Of a DNA stretch of 64,000 nucleotides, positions 34,304-44,002 are shown in pieces. Position 1 is the stretch's first letter; each line of letters begins with the position of its first letter. This DNA is from Solirubrobacteraceae bacterium. GTDB taxonomy: Bacteria > Actinomycetota > Thermoleophilia > Solirubrobacterales > Solirubrobacteraceae. The position numbers were made by a program, and so were the translations under genes. The notes below the pieces were generated by a model. That model did not search any database, was not told the DNA's origin, and saw only the letters and a program-made list of their open reading frames with translations. The stretch is taken from assembly GCA_035483595.1 (NCBI GenBank), contig DATHPU010000008.1, positions 7,762 to 71,761 on the forward strand, given 5' to 3'.

Positions 34304-35590
34304 ATGGCGGAGATCGTGATGCCGCGCCTGTCGGACACGATGGAGGAGGGCACGATCCTGCGCTGGCTGAAGACGGACGGCGATCACGTGGCGCGCGGCG
34401 AGGAGCTGGTGGAGATCGAGACGGACAAGGCGACGATGACGTACGAGTCCGACCAGGAGGGCGCGCTGGAGATCGTGGCGGACGTGGGCAGCACGCTGGA
34501 GGTGGGAGCGCTGATCGCGCGCGTCGGCGCGACGGCGTCCAGCGAGGCGCAGCCGACAGCGACGGCTCCCGGCGACGCGCTGGCGAGGTCGACGATGGAG
34601 ACGGGCGGGCGCGTGAAGGCCTCGCCACTGGCGCGGCGGATCGCTGGCGACAGCGGCGTGGACCTGCGCGCGCTCACGGGCAGCGGCCCCGGGGGGCGAA
34701 TTGTGAAGGCGGACGTGCTGGCGGGTGCCGCGGCGGCCGGGGCAACGGCGACGCCCGCCGGCGAAGCACCCGCTGGCGCAGCGCCAGACCAGGGCGCCAC
34801 GGCAGCCACCGCGACCGCGGCCGCCGGCGCTCCCCCGCCAGGCCTCGAGAGCGTGACGACGGCGAAGGGCGAGACGACGACGGTGGAGCTGTCGCGCACG
34901 CAGCAGACGATCGCGCGGCGCATGGCCGAGTCCAAGGCGACGATCCCGGACTTCACGCTGCAGATCGACGTGGACATGGAGGAGTGCGTGAAGCTGCGCG
35001 CGCAGCTGAAGCAGATCTCCCAGCACGAGCGCGACCCGGCAGCACCGGGCGCGAGCGAGCAGCTGAAGGCGCCGACGTACAACGACATGGTGATGAAGGC
35101 ATGCGCGCTTGCGCTGCGCGAGCACCCGACGGCGAACGGCAGCTACCGCGACGGGCGCCTGCAGCTGCACTCGCGCGTGAACGTCGGCGTGGCGGTGGCC
35201 GCTGAAAACGCACTGGTAGTGCCGACGGTGTTCGACGCCGATTCCAAGGCGCTCGGCGAGATCGCACGCGAGACACACACGCTGTCCGACCGCGTGCGCT
35301 CCGGCGCGATCACCCCGCCGGAGCTCGGCGGCGGCACGTTCACGGTGTCCAACCTGGGCATGTACGGCATCAAGAACTTCACCGCGATCATCAACCCGCC
35401 GCAGGCTGGCATCCTGTCGGTCGGCGTGCTGGCGCCGCGCGCGGTCCTGCATGACGGCGAGCTGACCGCGCGCAACACCATGACTCTGACGCTCTCGTGC
35501 GACCACCGCGTGCTCTACGGCGCCGAAGCGGCGCGGTTCCTCGCGCGCGTTCGCGAGCTGCTCGAGTCGCCCGCGGCGCTGACGCTATAG
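34304..35590 (+). CDS. pdhC: Dihydrolipoamide acetyltransferase (E2)
   Basis: Lipoyl domain ETDKA, ASPLARR binding domain, FTVSNLG, DHR. Confidence 0.93.
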   Translation: MAEIVMPRLSDTMEEGTILRWLKTDGDHVARGEELVEIETDKATMTYESDQEGALEIVADVGSTLEVGALIARVGATASSEAQPTATAPGDALARSTMETGGRVKASPLARRIAGDSGVDLRALTGSGPGGRIVKADVLAGAAAAGATATPAGEAPAGAAPDQGATAATATAAAGAPPPGLESVTTAKGETTTVELSRTQQTIARRMAESKATIPDFTLQIDVDMEECVKLRAQLKQISQHERDPAAPGASEQLKAPTYNDMVMKACALALREHPTANGSYRDGRLQLHSRVNVGVAVAAENALVVPTVFDADSKALGEIARETHTLSDRVRSGAITPPELGGGTFTVSNLGMYGIKNFTAIINPPQAGILSVGVLAPRAVLHDGELTARNTMTLTLSCDHRVLYGAEAARFLARVRELLESPAALTL

Positions 35591-35621
35591 CGAGCGCGGA
35601 CGCAGGCCCACGCTAGGCTGG

Positions 35622-36389
35622 GTGCAGCAGATGAACGCCGCCGACCGATCGCCCGAGGAGCTGTGGGTATGCCACCTGGGCGTCGTCCCCTACCGCCACG
35701 CGCTCGCCACACAGGAGCGGGTGCGCGCGCTGCGCCAGACGGGTGAGCTGCCCGACACGCTGCTGCTGCTCGAGCACCCGCCCGTGTACACGCGCGGCCG
35801 GCGCTCCGGCGCCGAGGACCTGCCGCTGGGCGAGCGCTTCTACCGCGCCAAAGGCATCGACGTCGTCGACGTCGACCGCGGCGGGCGCCTCACCTACCAC
35901 TCGCCCGGCCAGCTCGTCGGCTATCCGATCATGCGCATCGACGACGTCCACCGCTACCTGCGCACGATGGAACACGCCATCGTCGCCGCGCTCGCGGGCG
36001 CCGGCGTGCACGCGCGCTCGCGCCACGACGAGGGCATCGACTACACCGGCGTGTGGGTGCACGACCGCAAGATCGCCTCCATCGGCGTGCACGTCTCGCG
36101 CGGCGTCACCACGCACGGCTTCGCCGTCAACGTCGACAACGACCTCGAGCCGTTCTCCTGGGTCGTCGCCTGCGGGCTGCCCGACGTCGCGATGACGTCG
36201 CTCCAGCGCGAGTCCGCCGGGGAGTGCGACGCTCTGAGCTGCTTGCGCAAGCGCATCGCCCACGCCTTCTGTCAAGCGCACGGCAGGCGCCAGCGGCTCG
36301 TGTCGCCGGCGCGACTCGGCATCGACACCGCGCACGCCCCCTCCATAAAAACCATCTCATCCCCCGTCGTCGAACCGGTGCCCGCATGA
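35622..36389 (+). CDS. lipB: Octanoyltransferase
   Basis: LEHPPVYTRG, RGGRLTYH, KIASIG, HGFAVN. Confidence 0.93.
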   Translation: MQQMNAADRSPEELWVCHLGVVPYRHALATQERVRALRQTGELPDTLLLLEHPPVYTRGRRSGAEDLPLGERFYRAKGIDVVDVDRGGRLTYHSPGQLVGYPIMRIDDVHRYLRTMEHAIVAALAGAGVHARSRHDEGIDYTGVWVHDRKIASIGVHVSRGVTTHGFAVNVDNDLEPFSWVVACGLPDVAMTSLQRESAGECDALSCLRKRIAHAFCQAHGRRQRLVSPARLGIDTAHAPSIKTISSPVVEPVPA

Positions 36390-37351
36390 GCGCCACGAGA
36401 TCGCGCTCGAACCCCGGCGGCATGGACGTGCTCAAGGTGCTCGGCCCCGACGTGCGGCCGCTGCGCGAGCGCAAGCCGCCGTGGTTCAAGGTGCCGCCGC
36501 CCGGCGGCGAGCGCTACCGCGAGCTCACGCAGCTGATCCGCGACGAGAACCTGCACACCGTCTGCCAGGAGGCTGCCTGCCCCAACGTCGGCGAGTGCTG
36601 GGAGCGCGGCACCGCCACGTTCATGATCCTCGGCGACACCTGCACGCGCCGCTGCGGCTTCTGCAACGTCAAGACCGGCAAGCCCACCTGGAACGACCCG
36701 CTCGAGCCCGCGCGCGTCGCGCGCTCGATCGCGCGCATGGGGCTGCGCCACGCCGTCATCACGTCCGTCGACCGCGACGACCTGCCCGACAAGGGCGCCT
36801 CCGCGTTCGTCGGCGTCATCCGCCAAGTCCGCCTCCAGGCGCCCGGCTGCCAGATCGAGGTGCTCACGCCCGACTTCCAGGGGCAGGAGATGCCGCTCGC
36901 CAAGGTCATCGCCGAGCGCCCCGACGTGTTCAACCACAACGTCGAGGTCGTGCCGCGCCTGTACCCCATCGCCCGCCGCGGCTCCCAGTTCACGCGCTCC
37001 TGCCGCGTGCTGCGCCTCGCGCGCGAGCTCGGCGAAGGCGAGGTCGTCACCAAGTCCGGCTTGATGGTCGGGCTCGGCGAGACGCACCAGGAGATGGTCG
37101 ACACGTTCGGCGCGCTGCGCCAGCACGGCGTGCAGGTGCTCACCGTCGGGCAGTACCTGCGGCCGTCAGAGCGCCATCTGCCCGTCGTGCGCTACTGGCA
37201 CCCGGAAGAGTTCGCCGCGCTGCAGGACGCCGCGTACCAGCTCGGCTTCCAGCACGTCGCCGCCGGCCCGCTCGTGCGCTCCTCCTACCACGCCGACCAG
37301 CACGTCGCGCAGCCAAGGCCAGGTGTCGGCCCCCTGGCAGCCAGCGGCTAG
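36386..37351 (+). CDS. lipA: Lipoyl synthase
   Basis: CQEAACPNVGEC, CTRRCGFC, RSSYHA. Confidence 0.96.
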   Translation: MSATRSRSNPGGMDVLKVLGPDVRPLRERKPPWFKVPPPGGERYRELTQLIRDENLHTVCQEAACPNVGECWERGTATFMILGDTCTRRCGFCNVKTGKPTWNDPLEPARVARSIARMGLRHAVITSVDRDDLPDKGASAFVGVIRQVRLQAPGCQIEVLTPDFQGQEMPLAKVIAERPDVFNHNVEVVPRLYPIARRGSQFTRSCRVLRLARELGEGEVVTKSGLMVGLGETHQEMVDTFGALRQHGVQVLTVGQYLRPSERHLPVVRYWHPEEFAALQDAAYQLGFQHVAAGPLVRSSYHADQHVAQPRPGVGPLAASG

Positions 37352-37386
37352 CCTCGCTCGGATCTTCGTCCTGCTTGCCAGCAAGC

Positions 37387-37818
37387 TCAGCTGTGCAGCG
37401 GATCGACCCAGCGCAGACCCGAGAACCGCGAGAAGTCGTTGTCGCACGAGTACAGCGTCGCGCCGTGCTCGATCGCCAGCGCCGCCAGATGCGCGTCGCT
37501 CGCCAGGTTCCCGGCGACACCCACGGGAATCAGCAGGTCGCGCAGCACCGACACGTGCCGGTCGGTGGGATTGACGATTGTCGCGGCGGGCTGCCCCAGC
37601 CAACTGTCGATCAGATCCAGTGCATCGCCCACGTCCAACGGTCGCGTGAAGATCGCCGGATTCGTAGCGATGCGAACGAAGCCCACCACGACGGCCCACC
37701 CAAACGCCACCGTCTCGCTGCCGGACAGCGTCGCCTCCAGCCACTCTCTCGCTCCAGCCTGCCGTGGAGACTCTGAGTCGTACGCGTACAGCAGGAGGTT
37801 GACGTCAGGCAGCTTCAC
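37387..37818 (-). CDS. vapC: VapC PIN-domain toxin
   Basis: PDVNLLLYA, DAHLAALAIEHG, DNDF. Confidence 0.9.
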   Translation of the reverse strand: MKLPDVNLLLYAYDSESPRQAGAREWLEATLSGSETVAFGWAVVVGFVRIATNPAIFTRPLDVGDALDLIDSWLGQPAATIVNPTDRHVSVLRDLLIPVGVAGNLASDAHLAALAIEHGATLYSCDNDFSRFSGLRWVDPLHS

Positions 37819-38075
37819 TTGCGCAGTTCGAGCTTGCGCAAGATCTCCGCGTCTTCCATCTCTCCCGCGAGCGTCAGCGCCTTGTCCAGATTGACACCCG
37901 GACGGACACCCATCGGACGCGCCTGCACTCGGAAGCGCCTGCTCGGCTGGGAGCCCGAGCCCAGCCCAGCGCGCACCGAGTCGTTGAGCGCCGCCTTGAA
38001 CGACACCCCCCGCTCGCGCATCACCTCGCGCAGCTTCGCCTCCACGTCCGCGTCCAGCGTCACAGTCGTTCTCAT
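37815..38075 (-). CDS. vapB: VapB antitoxin
   Basis: MRTTVTLDADV RHH N-terminus; overlaps vapC. Confidence 0.85.
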   Translation of the reverse strand: MRTTVTLDADVEAKLREVMRERGVSFKAALNDSVRAGLGSGSQPSRRFRVQARPMGVRPGVNLDKALTLAGEMEDAEILRKLELRK

Positions 38076-38080
38076 GCAGG

Positions 38081-38113
38081 CATCATAGCATCAAGTTGAT
38101 TGCTATCATGATG
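38081..38113 (-). promoter_or_regulatory. vapBC leaderless promoter and imperfect palindromic operator
   Basis: TG-c-TATGAT 6 nt before ATG; ATAGCA-TCAA-G-TTGA-T-TGCTAT dyad. Confidence 0.6.
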
Positions 38114-38277
38114 TATCATTGGCCAACATACGCCACGCGGCCGAAGCCAGGTGTCGGTCCGCTCGCCGCCAGCGGCTAGTCTCGCTCGATCTTCCCGCTC
38201 AAGGACAACGTCCCGCTCGCGCGGCTGCCGCTCTATCCCCGCGCGCGTGTGCTCGCACTCGGCACGAGGCCCGCCGC

Positions 38278-38454
38278 ATGACCCGTATCGCCGTGCTCGG
38301 CGCCGCGCTCGTGTTCGTCGCCGGCTTCGCCTTCCTCACGTTCACCGCCATCGTCAAGGACGGCATCACCTTCGACACCGTGCTGTCCGTCGGCATCGTC
38401 GTGCTGCTCGGCGTCGGCATCGTCGGCGCGCTGCGCAATCCTCCCCGTAGATGA
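38278..38454 (+). CDS. Small 2-TM membrane protein
   Basis: 58 aa hydrophobic, stop overlaps the start of the DD-peptidase gene. Confidence 0.65.
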   Translation: MTRIAVLGAALVFVAGFAFLTFTAIVKDGITFDTVLSVGIVVLLGVGIVGALRNPPRR

Positions 38455-39545
38455 GCTCGCCGTTCCTCACCCCCGGGCAGAGCCGCCACCGCCGCGTGCT
38501 CGCCGCCAGACGCCGGCGCAGGCGCCGGCTGGCCGCGCTCGGCGTGCTCGCGCTCGCGGTGCTCGCCGCCGCCGTCGCCGAGATCGGCCTCGCCAGCGGC
38601 TCCGGCGAACGCCCCCGCGGCGGCAACCGCGCCAGCGCCCCCGTCAAGGGCGCCGCGCACGCCCCGTCCGCGCGCACCGCCCGCTCGCCCTACGGCCTGC
38701 CGCTCGCCAAGCCCGCGCTCGCGCTCCCCGGCATCTCCTCGCCCGGCAAGGACCCCGTGCAGGTCAGCTTCGCGCACCCTCCTCGCGAGGGTCTGCTGTT
38801 CAACCTCACCACCGGCCAGGTGCTGTGGCAGCACAACCCGCTGCAGCGCGTGCCCATCGCCAGCCTCACCAAGATGATGACCGCGCTCATCACCGTCGAG
38901 TCCGCGCCATCCGACGCGCACGTGCTCGTCACCAAGCAGGCCGTCGACGCCGCCGGCTCCAAGGTCGGCGTGCTGCCGCTCGGGCGCCACGTGCGGCTGC
39001 GGAGCATGCTCTACGGGCTGCTGCTGCCCTCCGGCAACGACGCCGCCACCGCGCTCGCCCAGCACGTCGCGCACACCGTCCGCCGCTTCGTCGTGCGCAT
39101 GAACCAGGAAGCCGCGCGTCTCGGGCTCGGCTGCACCCGCTACTCCTCGCCGTCCGGCTACTACAACGCCGGCAACTTCTCCTGCGCCGCCGACCTCGCA
39201 GTGCTCGCGCACGTCGACATGCAGCAGCCGCGCATCGCAAGCGTCGTGCGCACCTACTCCGCCGTGCTGCCCTTCCCCATCAAGGGCGGCAAGCTCTACC
39301 TGTACAACAACAACCCGCTGCTCATCTACAAGTACCCCGGCGTCACCGGCATGAAGACCGGGCAGACCGAAGCCGCCGGGCGCTGCCTCGTCGCCACCGC
39401 CGAGCGCCACGGCGTGCGGCTCGGCGCGATCGTGCTCAACTCCCAGGAACCGGGCATCCAGGCGCGCCAACTGCTCGACCTCGGCTTCGAGGACGTCTAC
39501 CACCAGCCCGTCGTGCCCGAGCAGCCGTTCCCGCCCGGCGCCTGA
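38451..39545 (+). CDS. D-alanyl-D-alanine carboxypeptidase (peptidase S11)
   Basis: ASLTK (SxxK), SGN, KTG motifs; N-terminal anchor. Confidence 0.92.
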   Translation: MSSPFLTPGQSRHRRVLAARRRRRRRLAALGVLALAVLAAAVAEIGLASGSGERPRGGNRASAPVKGAAHAPSARTARSPYGLPLAKPALALPGISSPGKDPVQVSFAHPPREGLLFNLTTGQVLWQHNPLQRVPIASLTKMMTALITVESAPSDAHVLVTKQAVDAAGSKVGVLPLGRHVRLRSMLYGLLLPSGNDAATALAQHVAHTVRRFVVRMNQEAARLGLGCTRYSSPSGYYNAGNFSCAADLAVLAHVDMQQPRIASVVRTYSAVLPFPIKGGKLYLYNNNPLLIYKYPGVTGMKTGQTEAAGRCLVATAERHGVRLGAIVLNSQEPGIQARQLLDLGFEDVYHQPVVPEQPFPPGA

Positions 39546-39649
39546 GCGCCGTCGCGCCATATGCGGCACACGCCAGCCACGGGGCGGCCTCCGCGGTCGC
39601 GGGCCGGTCCGACGCGCTCGCCCGGAGTGGTACCTTTCCCAGACTAGAT

Positions 39650-39663
39650 TGACTGGTCAGTCA
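39650..39663. promoter_or_regulatory. Palindromic operator upstream of the acyl-CoA dehydrogenase pair
   Basis: TGACTG-GT-CAGTCA between putative -10 TACCTT (39631) and RBS AAGGAG. Confidence 0.6.
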
Positions 39664-39678
39664 GCCAAAGGAGACGCC

Positions 39679-40896
39679 GTGGATCTCGACGACACACCCG
39701 AGCAGGCCGCCTATCGCGCACAGGTGCGCAGCTGGCTCGACGAGCACAAGTCCGAAGCGCCCATCTTGCAAGGTCCCGGCGCACTCCAGGACGAGGACGA
39801 GATCGTCGCCGCGCGGCGCGCGTGGCAGGGCAAGCTCGCCGAGGGCGGCCTCGCCGGCGTGACCTGGCCCAAGGAGTACGGCGGCCAGGGCCTCGGCCCG
39901 ATCGAGCAGGTCATCTGCAACCAGGAGATCTCCAGGGCCAAAGCGCCCGGCATCCTCGACGCGATCGGCGTCGGCATGCTCGGCCCCACGATCATCGCGC
40001 ACGGCTCCGAGGAGCAGAAGTCGCGCTACCTCGGCCCCATGCTCCACGGCGACGAGGTCTGGTGCCAGCTGTTCTCCGAGCCCGCCGCCGGCTCCGACCT
40101 CGCAGCCGTGCAAACGCGCGCGCGCCAGCAGGACGACGGCACGTGGCGCCTGACCGGACAGAAGGTGTGGACCACCAACGCCCAGTTCGCCTCCTACGGC
40201 CTGCTGCTCGCGCGCACCGACGTCGACGTGCCCAAGCACAAGGGCATGACCATGTTCGTCGTGCCCATCGACGCCGAGGGCGTCACCGTGCGCGGGCTGC
40301 GCCAGATCTCCGGCGAGGCCGAGTTCAACGAGGTGTTCTTCGACGACGTCCAGCTCGAGGAGGGCGCCGTCGTCGGCGGCCTCGGCAACGGCTGGGGCAC
40401 CGGCCTCACCACGCTGATGTTCGAGCGCGTCACCATCGGCCTCGGCAGCGAGGGCATGGGCTACAACTCCACGCGCTTCGCCGGCGCCATCGCCGCCGAC
40501 GAGCACGCCCGCCGCGACCCCGAGGTGCGTCACCGCCTCGGCGAGATCGCAAGCGAACTGCTCGCCGTGCGCTTCACCGGCTACCGCACGCTCACCGCGC
40601 TGCAGAAAGGTCAGATCCCCGGCCCCGAGGCCGGCCTCGCGAAGGTCACGATCGTCGCCGGCGCGATCAAGGCCGGCGACCTCATCGCCGACGTGGTCGG
40701 GCCCGACGCGCTCGCCGAGGACAGCCAGTGGGCGTACATGATCTCGTTCCTGCCCGGCCTCAAGTCCGCCGGCGGCACCGAAGAGATCCTCAAGAACACG
40801 GTCGGCGAGCGCGTCCTCGGGCTGCCGCCCGAGCCGCGACTCGACAAGGGCATCCCATTCTCCGAGCTCCGGTCCAAGGAAGGAGCAGCGGCATGA
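39679..40896 (+). CDS. Acyl-CoA dehydrogenase
   Basis: WCQLFSEPAAGSDLA, GQKVWT, EFNEVFFD, GGTEEI. Confidence 0.93.
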   Translation: MDLDDTPEQAAYRAQVRSWLDEHKSEAPILQGPGALQDEDEIVAARRAWQGKLAEGGLAGVTWPKEYGGQGLGPIEQVICNQEISRAKAPGILDAIGVGMLGPTIIAHGSEEQKSRYLGPMLHGDEVWCQLFSEPAAGSDLAAVQTRARQQDDGTWRLTGQKVWTTNAQFASYGLLLARTDVDVPKHKGMTMFVVPIDAEGVTVRGLRQISGEAEFNEVFFDDVQLEEGAVVGGLGNGWGTGLTTLMFERVTIGLGSEGMGYNSTRFAGAIAADEHARRDPEVRHRLGEIASELLAVRFTGYRTLTALQKGQIPGPEAGLAKVTIVAGAIKAGDLIADVVGPDALAEDSQWAYMISFLPGLKSAGGTEEILKNTVGERVLGLPPEPRLDKGIPFSELRSKEGAAA

Positions 40897-42050
40897 ACCT
40901 CGCACTCTCAGACGAGCAGGTGTTCCTGCGCGAGGCCGCCCGCGGCGCGCTCTCGCGCTTCAAGACGCTCGAAGCCGCGCGTGGGGCGCTGGATGGCGAC
41001 GACAGCGCGATGCCGGACCTGTGGCCGATGGCCAAGGAGGCCGGCTGGCCGGGCCTCTTGATCGACGAAGCCCACGGCGGCGCCGGCCTCGACGCGTTCG
41101 ACGCCATGCTCGTGCTCGGCGAGTGCGGCCGCGTGCTCGCCGGCGTGCCGCTGCTCGGCCACCTGCCCGCCACCGCGATCGTCAACGCTTCACCCAACGC
41201 CGCCAGCTGGATCGGCGAGCTCGCCAGCGGCGACAAGCGCGCCGCGTACCTGCCCAGCTGCCCGCCCAACGACATCGGCAGCGGCTGGAGCAGCGACTCG
41301 CGCGGCGGCCTCGCACGCGGCGAGCTGCCCGTCGCCACCGCCGGTGGGCGGGATTCGGATCAAGACGGGCAGACCAAGGTCAGCGGCAGCTTCGCGTTCG
41401 TCCCCGATGCGCCCGGCGCCAGCGGGTTCGTGGGCGTGGCATTGATCGATGGCAAGCCCACGGGCGTGGCGATCCTCAGCGAGTCCGCGGGCGTCCAGGT
41501 CGAGCCGACGACGCGCTACGACGCCACCCGCTCGCTCGCGCACGTCACATTCCAGGACGCGCCCGCGCTCGTGCTCGACGCGCCCGAGGATGCGCTCGTG
41601 TCCGCGTGGTACCTCGCGCAGGCGCTGATCGCCGCCGAGTCGCTCGGCAGCGTCGAGACAGCGCTCGACGTGTCCGTCGCCTACGCCAAGGAGCGCTTCA
41701 CGTTCGGGCGCGCCATCGGCTCCTACCAGGCCGTCAAGCACGCTTTGACGGAGGTGCTGCGCCAGCTCGAGAACGGGCGCTCGCTGCTCTACTACGCCGG
41801 CTGGGCCCGCAACGGCGCGCCGGAGGAGTTCCCGCTCGCCGCCAGCGCCGCGCGCGCCGTCGGCGGCAACGCGCTCGACACCGCCGCGCGCACCATGATC
41901 TCCGTGCACGGCGGCATCGGCGCCACCTGGGAGCACGACGCGCCGCTGTACTTCCGCCGCGCGCAGCTCTCGCGGCGGCTGCTCGGCGGCACCGGGCAAG
42001 CCACCGATCGCGTCGCCGGCGAGCTGATCGCGCAGGCCGACGCCGCCTAG
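40893..42050 (+). CDS. Acyl-CoA dehydrogenase (partner subunit)
   Basis: YAKERFTFGRAIGSYQAVKH, HGGIGATWEHD; ATGA overlap. Confidence 0.9.
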   Translation: MNLALSDEQVFLREAARGALSRFKTLEAARGALDGDDSAMPDLWPMAKEAGWPGLLIDEAHGGAGLDAFDAMLVLGECGRVLAGVPLLGHLPATAIVNASPNAASWIGELASGDKRAAYLPSCPPNDIGSGWSSDSRGGLARGELPVATAGGRDSDQDGQTKVSGSFAFVPDAPGASGFVGVALIDGKPTGVAILSESAGVQVEPTTRYDATRSLAHVTFQDAPALVLDAPEDALVSAWYLAQALIAAESLGSVETALDVSVAYAKERFTFGRAIGSYQAVKHALTEVLRQLENGRSLLYYAGWARNGAPEEFPLAASAARAVGGNALDTAARTMISVHGGIGATWEHDAPLYFRRAQLSRRLLGGTGQATDRVAGELIAQADAA

Positions 42051-42973
42051 CGTGGACGGCTCGCCGTCACGGCCTTCGGCTGCGCGTCCGCTTCCAGCGC
42101 CGCCAGCACCGGCGCGCCGTACGCGGCGTGCACCGCTTCGACCATCGTCGGTTCGATGCCGCAGTTGATGCAGAAGCCGTGTTGCGACCAGCCGATCGCG
42201 CGCGCCAGCACCTGATCGGCGTACGTCACGCCCGTGGCATCGTGGCCGTAGTAGTCGTACGCGGCGTTCCACGCCGAGTCGTTCAGCGCGTACTCCGCGC
42301 CGTCCGCTGACAGCAGGTGCGCCGCCGCCATGATCGCGTCGAAGTCGTCGTAGATCGACGGGTGCGTTGCCGTCATGTGGTCGTAGCGCGCGGGACGCCT
42401 GCCGTAGACGTAGGAGTCGCTCACCATGTCCCACGTCGTCAGCGGTCCGTTCTTCACGTTGAACTGCATCGGCCCGCCGCAGCAGCCCGCGAAGTTCAGG
42501 CCGTGGTAGATGCCCGGCGCGGTCGAGAACGCGCTCTCCTGCCTGTGGATCGAGGCTAGCAGCAGCCAGTTGACGCCGAACGTGCGCTGCGCGACGCCGT
42601 ATATGGGGTAGAAGCCTTCCATCCAGCGCCTGGAGATGTGCGTTTGCGTGGCGTCCACCAGTTCGTGCGCGTTCAAGCGCTGCTGCGCCGGCGACGGCTT
42701 CGCCACGATCGCCGCGTGCGCGCGTGCGCCGGACGTATTCGCCACGCCCGCGGCGGAGGCGGCGCCGGCTGACGCCGCGGACGCCGGTGCCGGGGTCGCC
42801 GCCGAGACCAGCACCGGCGGCGGCGCCACCGGTGCGCTCGCGCTGCCGAACACGCCCGCGAGCGCCGCCGCCAGCACTGCCACGCCGAGCACGCCGATCG
42901 TGCACGCGAGCAGCCACGCGCCGCGTTCGGACGGCGGCGACGGCGGCTCGGCAAACGGGGGATCGGCGGACAC
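42047..42973 (-). CDS. Membrane-anchored lytic transglycosylase (SLT-like)
   Basis: LLASIHRQES, GPMQF, DAIMAAAHLL. Confidence 0.78.
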   Translation of the reverse strand: MSADPPFAEPPSPPSERGAWLLACTIGVLGVAVLAAALAGVFGSASAPVAPPPVLVSAATPAPASAASAGAASAAGVANTSGARAHAAIVAKPSPAQQRLNAHELVDATQTHISRRWMEGFYPIYGVAQRTFGVNWLLLASIHRQESAFSTAPGIYHGLNFAGCCGGPMQFNVKNGPLTTWDMVSDSYVYGRRPARYDHMTATHPSIYDDFDAIMAAAHLLSADGAEYALNDSAWNAAYDYYGHDATGVTYADQVLARAIGWSQHGFCINCGIEPTMVEAVHAAYGAPVLAALEADAQPKAVTASRPR

Positions 42974-43121
42974 TACGACTCATCCTACGCGGGGGCGCGT
43001 CGATTATGGACGTACCGGGTTATCGCTCACGTGCATACCAACGCTCTCGCTGTCCACGCTCGCCGCCGCCACCGCCTGTTTGCTTGGCTGGCGGTGTATC
43101 CGCCGCCGACCTCCTGAGCGG

Positions 43122-43991
43122 CTACGGCGAGGGGGAGCCCGGCTGGCCAGACGCCGCGAACGGGCGCAGGTACTCCACCAGCTCCGGCACCACCTGCGCC
43201 GCCTGCTCGCGGTGCGGCCAGTGGCCCGCGCCCCGCACGATCAGCGCGCGGCTCGGCTGCGCAAGCAGCTCGGCGGTGCGCTTGTAGAGCTCGACGTCCG
43301 CCAGGTCTTCGGCGCCGCCCACCACCAGCCCCGGCACCTGCGGCACGCGCGCGGTCGCAGGCGGCGGGCCTCCCAGCGGCAGGTCGCGGTAGTAGCCGAT
43401 CGCGCCGGAGAGCGTCGCCGGCGAGGACAGCGCCTGCTTGGCGCGGTCGAGGCTCTGCTCGCGCTCGGGGCCCGACCAGCCCGGCGACCAGCGGCGATAC
43501 AGCCGGTCCAGGTACGCGAAGTCATCGCGCCGGCACATGCGCTCGGCCCACGGGAGCTTCAGCGCGAAGAAGTGGCGCACGCTCCACACCGCCGACGGCG
43601 TGCGCTGGAGCACGGCGGGGTGCGGAATGCCGAACGTCGCGAGCGCGCGCACCCGCTCCGGCGCGAGCCCGGCGGCCGAGTAGGCGCACAGCGCGCCCCA
43701 GTCGTGACCCACGAGCACCGCGCTCGACGCGCCGATCGCATCGAGCAGCCCCAGTGCGTCGCGCCCCAGCGTCTCGGGGTCATAGCCGCGGCCAGCAACG
43801 ATCGTCTCCTCGCGGTAGCCGCGCAGCCACGCCACCGTCACGCGCCAGCCCGCATCCACGAGCGCCCGCTCGATCTCAGCCCACGAGTACGGCGTATCGG
43901 GGAAGCCGTGCATCAGCACCACGTCCGGCCCCTCGCCCGCACGCGAGACCACGTAGCGCAGCCCGCCGCTCTCGATCGTCTCGAAGTCCAT
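43122..43991 (-). CDS. Alpha/beta hydrolase (epoxide hydrolase-like)
   Basis: HGFPD, GHDWG, GHWPHRE. Confidence 0.88.
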   Translation of the reverse strand: MDFETIESGGLRYVVSRAGEGPDVVLMHGFPDTPYSWAEIERALVDAGWRVTVAWLRGYREETIVAGRGYDPETLGRDALGLLDAIGASSAVLVGHDWGALCAYSAAGLAPERVRALATFGIPHPAVLQRTPSAVWSVRHFFALKLPWAERMCRRDDFAYLDRLYRRWSPGWSGPEREQSLDRAKQALSSPATLSGAIGYYRDLPLGGPPPATARVPQVPGLVVGGAEDLADVELYKRTAELLAQPSRALIVRGAGHWPHREQAAQVVPELVEYLRPFAASGQPGSPSP

Positions 43992-44002
43992 CGCCCCCTA
44001 CC

